A DNA stretch of 64,000 nucleotides. It comes from Eledone cirrhosa. Its lineage: Eukaryota. Shown piece by piece: positions 56,208 through 64,000 of the stretch. The stretch lies in NCBI GenBank assembly GCA_964016885.1, contig OZ024752.1:12028001-12092000 (forward strand), written 5' to 3'. How positions within the stretch are numbered: position 1 is the stretch's first letter; each line of letters starts with the position of its first letter. The notes below the pieces were generated by a model. It worked only from the letters and a program-made list of their open reading frames with translations. It ran no database searches and was not told the DNA's origin. The position numbers and the translations under genes were made by a program.

Positions 56208-56680
56208 CTGTAGTAAACCCACAGTCCTTGGGTATTAAACATGTAGTAAACCCACAGTCCTTGGGTATTAAACATGTAGTAAACCCACAGTCCTTGGGGT
56301 ATTAAACATATAGTAATTCCACACTCCTTGGCGTATTAAACATGTAGTAATCCCACCGTCCTTGGGTATTAAACATGTAGTAAACCCACTGTCCTTGGGG
56401 AATTAAACATGTAGTAAACCCACCGTCTTTGAAGTATTAAACATGTAGTAATCCCACAGTCCTTGGGGGTATTAAACATGTAGTAAACCCATCGTCCTTG
56501 GGGTATTAAACATGTAGTAAACCCACCGTCCTTGGGTATTAAACATGTAGTAAACTCACAGTCCTTGGGGTATTAAAGGTGTAATAAACCCACCGTCCTT
56601 GGGGTATTGAACATGTAGTAAACCCAACGTCCTTGGAGTATTAAACATGTAGTAAAACTACCGCCCTTGTAGTATTAAGG
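56208..56680. repeat. Minisatellite, 33-35-bp unit
   Basis: CATGTAGTAAACCCACAGTCCTTGGGTATTAAA, about 14 copies. Confidence 0.95.
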
Positions 56681-56954
56681 TGAAAATAAAACCAAACGTA
56701 CGTATATAGAATTAAGCCTTACAATAGGTGACAACTTAACACCATTTATCCGAACATAAGTACCATGGCATTCGTATAGACCTTTTCAAACTCCGAACCC
56801 TTTTTAGTTCAGAAAGTCTAATACTGGTCTACGATGTCTAATACTGTTATATGGTTGCAGTATAAATATACTCCTCTACCTTTTGTCACGGGGCCCTAGA
56901 CATTCCTTTGTAGAACCCCTAGGTTCTACGGAACCCACTTTGGGAACTGGTATA

Positions 56955-57450
56955 GAGACATGCATCAAGGAAACAAGAAGCTGTCCATCGAAGCCATACT
57001 CATGTAGAGGCTTCCACAACTGGTCCCGTGGAAGGTAGTCATATGCCTTTTTAGTGGGCGCGGAGGGGGGGGGGGGTCTACAAAACAAGCCTACATCTCT
57101 TGGCAATACTTGCACGATTTCTTTAAGACCTACCAGCAGTGAGAATTTTTGCTCAGTTGGGCTGCGTCCGGGGCGTAAACCACACTGTTTGTCAGTTAGC
57201 TTGGACTCGACAACCTCCTTACATCTCTTTGCTAGACATTTAGCATAGACTAGGCTTAACAAGGAGATCCCTCTGTAATTTGAACAATTTCTCTTGTTCC
57301 GCTTTTTTTAAAAATTGGGATTACCACTCCAGATTGCCATTGCTTAGGTGCCTTTCCAGAGATCCAGGCCACCCGGCAGTCACAAGTCAACGAGATAATA
57401 CCTTCTCGTTTTAAGGCATTTAACATCTCGGGCCGACTTTCATCTTCCTG
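56955..57450 (-). mobile_element. Decayed RTE-type LINE RT N-terminal fragment
   Basis: NYRGISLLS, QCGLRPGRS, KKAYD..PRDQLW. Confidence 0.8.
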
Positions 57451-57524
57451 CTATTTCAAGCGTTAACCTAATATATTCCTTCCATATACTGTACCGATTG
57501 TGTTGTTATTTCTGTTTACCTTTT

Positions 57525-57559
<35 letters not shown>

Positions 57560-57800
57560 CAAAATTAAATTAAGGGTGTCATGTCAGAGAGACATGCACC
57601 ATATCCACCGTAGAATATGCTCCAAGATTCCAATGAATAGATCCGAGCATTTTATATCAATTTCTAGTTGATATAAAATGCTTGGATCTATTCATTGGAA
57701 TCTTGGAGCATATTCTACGGTGGATATGGCGCATGTCTCTCTGACATGACACCCTTAATTTAATTTTGGATATATACATGGCCCCTTAATTGTAGAGCTA
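57560..57800. mobile_element. About 100-bp-arm palindrome next to (TA)n; probable PLE end truncated past its HHR
   Basis: 57560-57660 is the inverse of 57668-57768. Confidence 0.6.
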
Positions 57801-58198
57801 ACTCAGTTGAAAGGACTCAGCTGCTATTTCTAGTTGTCGATAACCCTATTCACGCCACTGAGATGAAGCTGGTACGATGTGTGTATTTTAAAGAAATGCA
57901 ACACGTACTACCAGTCATTCGCAGATTTGAATTTGCTGTGTAAACACAGATAGTTAGATCTTCTCCCTTGTTGAAAATCCGAGATTTGGCTACTGTGGTT
58001 TACCGATCGATTAATGGTGAAATATATTTCTTTAATGAAATATATACAAGGAAGATTAATCAATTTATAAGGTATCTATTTTTAAAGTTCTAGTTAAACT
58101 TTAATTGGTTACCTACCTAGCTTACACACTTTTACAAATTATTCCCTGTGATTGTTTCATATGTTTATTTTAGATATATATATATGTCAATTTCTAGT

Positions 58199-58234
<36 letters not shown>

Positions 58235-58250
58235 TATATTAATATAGAAA

Positions 58251-58344
58251 AGCTTCTACAGGACTAGAACTGTTTCATTCATGAGAAATCACCAGGAAGC
58301 TCTGATGATTTCTCACGAATGAAACAGTTCTAGTCCTGTAGAAG
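58251..58344. ncRNA. Two abutting inverted HHR copies (58251-58301 minus, 58302-58344 plus)
   Basis: Consensus AGCTTC-CTGATGA-T-TTC/GAA-T-GAAA-CAG..CTG-TA-GAAGCT. Confidence 0.75.
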
Positions 58345-58824
58345 ATTTTCTATATTAAAACATTTATACTCTGCTATGTATTGAGTACCTTACTTACTGT
58401 GGTTACCTCCGATTAAACCCGGAATAACTTATATATATATATGCGTATTTGTGTGGTGTTTAGGGGGGTGAGTAATGCTGATTCTTTTATAAATGATAAA
58501 CACTGATCAAATGATAATTTCCCGTTTGTTTGAACGATTGATTACAAAAAAACTGTAATACCTGTCTAGTCATTACAAATGTCATAGGTTAATTACATAT
58601 CAATAGTAAACATGCTACAGTTAGCAAATAGTATTAACATGTTAACATTTAAAATAGGGTAAACATGTATGCAAAATTTTACCTTTCGCACTAATTAAGA
58701 TTCATTTACCTAAAATGTTAATTAGGGATTAAGGATAATTATCGGTATTATATTACTCATATATTAATGTTATTTGATTTCTACTTTGTTTTATCAAGTT
58801 TTTCTATAAACTGATCCTGTAGGA

Positions 58825-59427
58825 CAGAGGTTCTCAATGTTTTGGGTCACCCCCGCCCCCCTTCACGGTAACGTAAAACCCTCAACACACCACCAACCCT
58901 ATTTCCAGAGAGACTTATCTACACGCAAATTGTAAATAATATATAATAAATAAAATCGTTAATTTATATATAATATAATTGCTTCTACTTTTGGAACAAA
59001 GCCAGCAATTATCCCAGTGCATTACTGGTACTTTATTTTATCAACCCCCGTAAGGATGAAAGGCAAAGTTAACCTCGGCGGGATTTGAACTCAGAATGGA
59101 AAGGGCTGTAACTCTATGCGTCATAGCATGGCGTTCGACCTTCTACCGATACTGCCAAACCACCAATAAATAATATAATATATACTATGTATAAATAAAT
59201 ATTATATATTTTTTATTTTACTATATTTATATATATGTATCATTTGTTATTTAATATACTATTATATGATATATATATATATATTTACAATACTAAAATA
59301 ATATTATAAATAATAAATTCATAGCGTCCCCCTACCGACCCGCCCCCCGACCCTAGCGCCCCCTGGACTTCCTTACCCTCTCCTCCGGGGGTGGGGGGTG
59401 CGGTAGCGTCCACTTTGAGAACCTCTG
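58825..59427. mobile_element. Non-autonomous hAT element with nested SINE (58975-59165)
   Basis: TIR CAGAGGTTCTCAA / TTGAGAACCTCTG; TSD CTGTAGGA/ATGTAGGA. Confidence 0.88.
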
Positions 59428-60316
59428 ATGTAGGATTTGTTGTTCATGCTTAGTAGCATGTGTCTGAAACATGTGGGAAAGAAAGTCACTCAATGAGCCT
59501 GGGCCCAGTTGGATGAGGCGTAGAGGGCTAAGTAAGTCACACTTCGATCTTTGACAGACCGCAACTGCGACACACGTTTGCTGATGTCCAGCAAACGTGT
59601 GCAGCTTTTCCCCAGCACAAAAATCTAGTTTTTGACACTTCTTCCTCAAACTGTACTAACGAAATTGCTAAACCTACACTTTACACTCACCCACGCCAAA
59701 TCTTGGGGCAATTCATTTCGTATCTCCTTCATTTAAACATCCCTAGAATATCCCTTACTAACCCCAACACTGTCGTCCCTTTCCAGAAAGTTAACCTTTA
59801 GAAATTTCCTCTTCTTCATGTTTTTCTTTCAGTCTTTAACTTGCAACAATATTCGCGGTTTTTCACTCTTCGCGGGTGCTCTAGGAACTTAATCCCCGCG
59901 AATACATAAAAAGAAAATTACAATACACAACTCCCCTCCCCAATTTTACATATCTAGCGTGGCACAGGTAATTAGAATTGAAAAGTTATAGATGCAGGTA
60001 ATAAATTATAAAAGATACAGGTAATAAATTCAAAATTTTTAACCATCCTAAAGCTAAAAAGTCCAGCTGAGTGCACAAATAAATTGCTATGGCTGTCCCT
60101 GGTGAGCCCCCCCCCCCACTATGGAGGGAGGGGGTGGCAATTGCCCTCTTTGCCCCAATTAAATCAGCTCTGATGAGGACAACAACATCAACTATATATT
60201 AGGGTATTAGATATTTCATTAAAAAACAAACAAACCCGAAAACCCCTTTTATGGATCATTGATAGACAACAGCAAAAAGAAAAACTTCATATATTAGTTA
60301 TTTTATATTTGTTAGT

Positions 60317-60618
60317 AAACAACAACAACAACGTGGACAATAACAACAACAACAACAACAGCAACGGGGACAAACAACAACAACAACAACAACAACAACG
60401 TGGACAAACAACAACAACAACAATAACAACAACAAAACAACAACAACAATAACAACAATAACAACAACAGCAACAGCAACAACAACAACGTCGACAAACA
60501 ACAACAACAGCAACAGCAGCAGCAGCAACAACAACAGCAACAACAACGTGGACAAACAACAACAACAGCAACAACAACAACGTCGACAAACAACAACAAC
60601 AGCAACAGCAGCAGCAAC
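60317..60618. repeat. (CAA/CAG)n compound repeat
   Basis: Direct reading. Confidence 0.9.
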
Positions 60619-60852
60619 ATATTGAAGTATTAGATATTTTTTTTTTTTTTAAAAACCAAACCCGAAACCCTTTCAATGTGAAATCCTAATTAATGAAACC
60701 AATGAATCAGACTTAATCTCTCTCTCATTACAGAGACGTTAATCTACGGTGATTAAAGAGAAATTAGAACAATTTCTGTCTCGTATACAGCTAGGTCGAC
60801 ACACACTCACACAGAGAAGCTTACACACGAACACACGCACACACACACGAAC

Positions 60853-60963
<111 letters not shown>

Positions 60964-61131
60964 CTTACACACGTACACACACACACACACGTACACACAG
61001 ACGTACACACACACACGTACACACACACATATACACACACACGCACACAGGCTTACACACGTACACACACACACACATACACACACAGACAAGCACACAC
61101 AGACACGCGCACGCACACGTGCACACACACG

Positions 61132-61164
<33 letters not shown>

Positions 61165-61179
61165 GTTTAAGAGTTAAAC

Positions 61180-62470
61180 AAGATTCAATGAGTACATCAA
61201 AGAATGAGTTTTACAATAGATTGGAAGCACTCTACAGTGAAAAAAATTTTTTCTAGAGTTATTAATATTAATTCCAAATATTAACAAAATATATTCTTGT
61301 GATCAATTATATTTTATTATACATATTACAGAGGTACTGAATTAAGTTCAACAGTACGTCGTCATCAGATAAAATAAAATGATACATCACATACCCTGAC
61401 ATGGTAGATGGTTAAGATTTAATCAAGGTAGTGATTAACTTATGAGAAAACTCAATATTTATACCCTAATATTGAGAACATGAGAAAACGTAATACAATC
61501 AATAGAGAGAGTGTGAGTAATATATTTTAAGAAATACATGGCATCAATGTAACAGTTATAGAATTTTTAATATTTAAAAAACTACTAGAGAAATATGCGG
61601 GAGAGGAAAGCAGAGAGGAAGACGTAGCTGATGTTATAACTTATTTAGTATTTAGCTTGAGAAGACGAATGAAAGATGAATAAATAGAGAGAGAGAGACA
61701 AAGGGGAGTAATTTATGCTCAAGTTTCTACATACACTTATTCATATAAAGTTGGCGGTTAATTTTCAAAATATTTAATTTATGTTATTTCAGGGTAAAGA
61801 ATCAAATTTTAGGTTTTAAAAGCTGATGGGTATTTGTATTAATATTATAATATAATTATGTTAAATTTCTAAAATTCAAATTTTATGAAGGCAAATTTAA
61901 AGGATTTACTAAACCCGCGAAAGAAAGAAAATATACATATAATGTTCGATATCTCCACAAAGGTAATCTTTACCAAAATTACTTATAATATTGACAACAG
62001 TTTCTATAATATAATTTATGAGGTAAAGGAATGTTTTATCCAGTGGATGTTCGTAGAATATTTCAAATGCAAAGCTAAAAAGGTCTGAGATAAAACAAAC
62101 GAATGATTTGTGCTTTCTTCTGTAACAAGGTCCTATGTCTTGGAAGAATCTATGCGCATGCGCAGGGTCGCTCAAGTAACTATTTCGCCTTGTGCCTTAC
62201 TTAATGTAGCGTAAAAGCGATAATTTTTTCAGAAGCCGGCACACGGTGGTTGAAAATGCTATATATACATATCTCAACAATGCCTCGTATAAACTTCACA
62301 ACTACTGTTATATAACACGTATGACCGGTAATATATTAATGGATATTTACATCTCGTTTGGATTTTTGTCTGAAGAGAACACGTATGGCAGTTGTTATAC
62401 AACTGCCTTACGTCTTTGAAATACGTATAACAAAATAAATAAGAATGCACAAAGAAACCGTCTTTCTTGT
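61180..62470 (+). mobile_element. Possible highly decayed PLE 3' half with pLTR
   Basis: Weak coding-like remnants followed by TGCGCATGCGCA and an intact HHR. Confidence 0.35.
62364..62435 (+). ncRNA. Type I hammerhead ribozyme with long stem II
   Basis: TTTTGT-CTGAAGA-..ACGTA.GGCAGTTG/CAACTGCC.TACGT..-GAAA-TACGTA-TA-ACAAAA. Confidence 0.88.
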
Positions 62471-62489
62471 TTATTATTATAATAAAACT

Positions 62490-62672
62490 CGGTGGATTGG
62501 CAGTATCAGTAGAGGGTCGGACGCCATGCTTTCCAGCATAGTTACGTCCCTTTATGATCTGAGTTCAAATCCCGCCGAGGTTGACTTTGCCTTTCATCCT
62601 TACGGGGTCGATAAAATAAAGTACCAGTAATGCACTGGGTAATTGCTGGCCTTGTGCCTAAAGTAGAAACAA
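62490..62672 (+). mobile_element. SINE with TSD TTATTATAATAAAACTC
   Basis: Full-length copy with flanking direct repeat. Confidence 0.9.
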
Positions 62673-62727
62673 TTATTATAATAAAACTCCGGATGAACAA
62701 AAACCGTGGATATATATATATACATAT

Positions 62728-62784
<57 letters not shown>

Positions 62785-63328
62785 GGATGAACACTGATAC
62801 AAGTATACATGTGTTCGTATTGCAAATGACCAAGTTAGCTAGGTTGAAAAATAGTAATTTAAAATAATACGGTTTGCCTGTCTCGATTTAAAATAATAAA
62901 GCAATAAAAATAACAAACCTATATTGGCAATGGCCGTGATACCCGGACAAATTCTAAATTTGTTTCGCAACAATTAAGTGAAAGTTACTATTCCTCTGGT
63001 CTTCTGCGGGTATCCAGAAATTGGTAGGTTTCACTTCAAAATACTTAAGAAGACTGAGAGAATGTGTTGTTGAACGCATAGGTGTCACAGCGCCTAGCTC
63101 GTCCCATACTCGTGCCGCTAAAAATAGCAGCCGGTTTTATGGGACTGAAATTAGCTCTACGTATGGAGCCGAGTATATTATATATAGAGTTATAAACTCT
63201 ATATATTATATATAGAGTTATAAACTCATGTATACTTGTATCAGTGTTCATCCCTCACATATATTACACGGCTCGGAAATATTCCCTTCTTAGAGCTATT
63301 TAATTGTAAAAGACTATTTTGAGTTTAT

Positions 63329-63980
<652 letters not shown>

Positions 63981-64000
63981 ATATATATATATATATATAT

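Noticed and set aside
60160-60200. Isolated CTGATGAGGAC
   Set aside because: No closing stem II, GAAA or stem I partner nearby.

Overview
This is AT-rich, microsatellite-dense animal DNA. The SINE families resemble those of octopus, so the source is probably a cephalopod. I see no convincing host gene; almost all of the provided IY/HT/CV-repeat ORFs are microsatellite artefacts. The window is a nest of mobile elements. It holds three Penelope-like retroelements (PLEs) with RT and GIY-YIG domains (24.2-28.4 kb, 30.2-31.5 kb, 43.8-48.1 kb), many short PLE ends (often palindromic) inserted in (TA)n, RTE and CRE LINE fragments, Helitrons, hAT/MITE elements, tRNA-derived SINEs and several minisatellites. 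The main hidden signal is about 30 type I hammerhead ribozyme (HHR) motifs in about 14 unrelated sequence families, read by eye. Several have non-canonical cores: U3-A8 covariation, A4 or C4 in place of U4, and non-Watson-Crick 10.1-11.1 pairs. Two non-coding HHR-bearing tandem elements (591-nt and about 1306-nt monomers) look like retrozyme-type elements that could produce circular RNA. Unrelated families also share an upstream NRF1-like palindrome and a downstream TYGAGTRC motif. All RNA structures were folded by hand and none has been tested.
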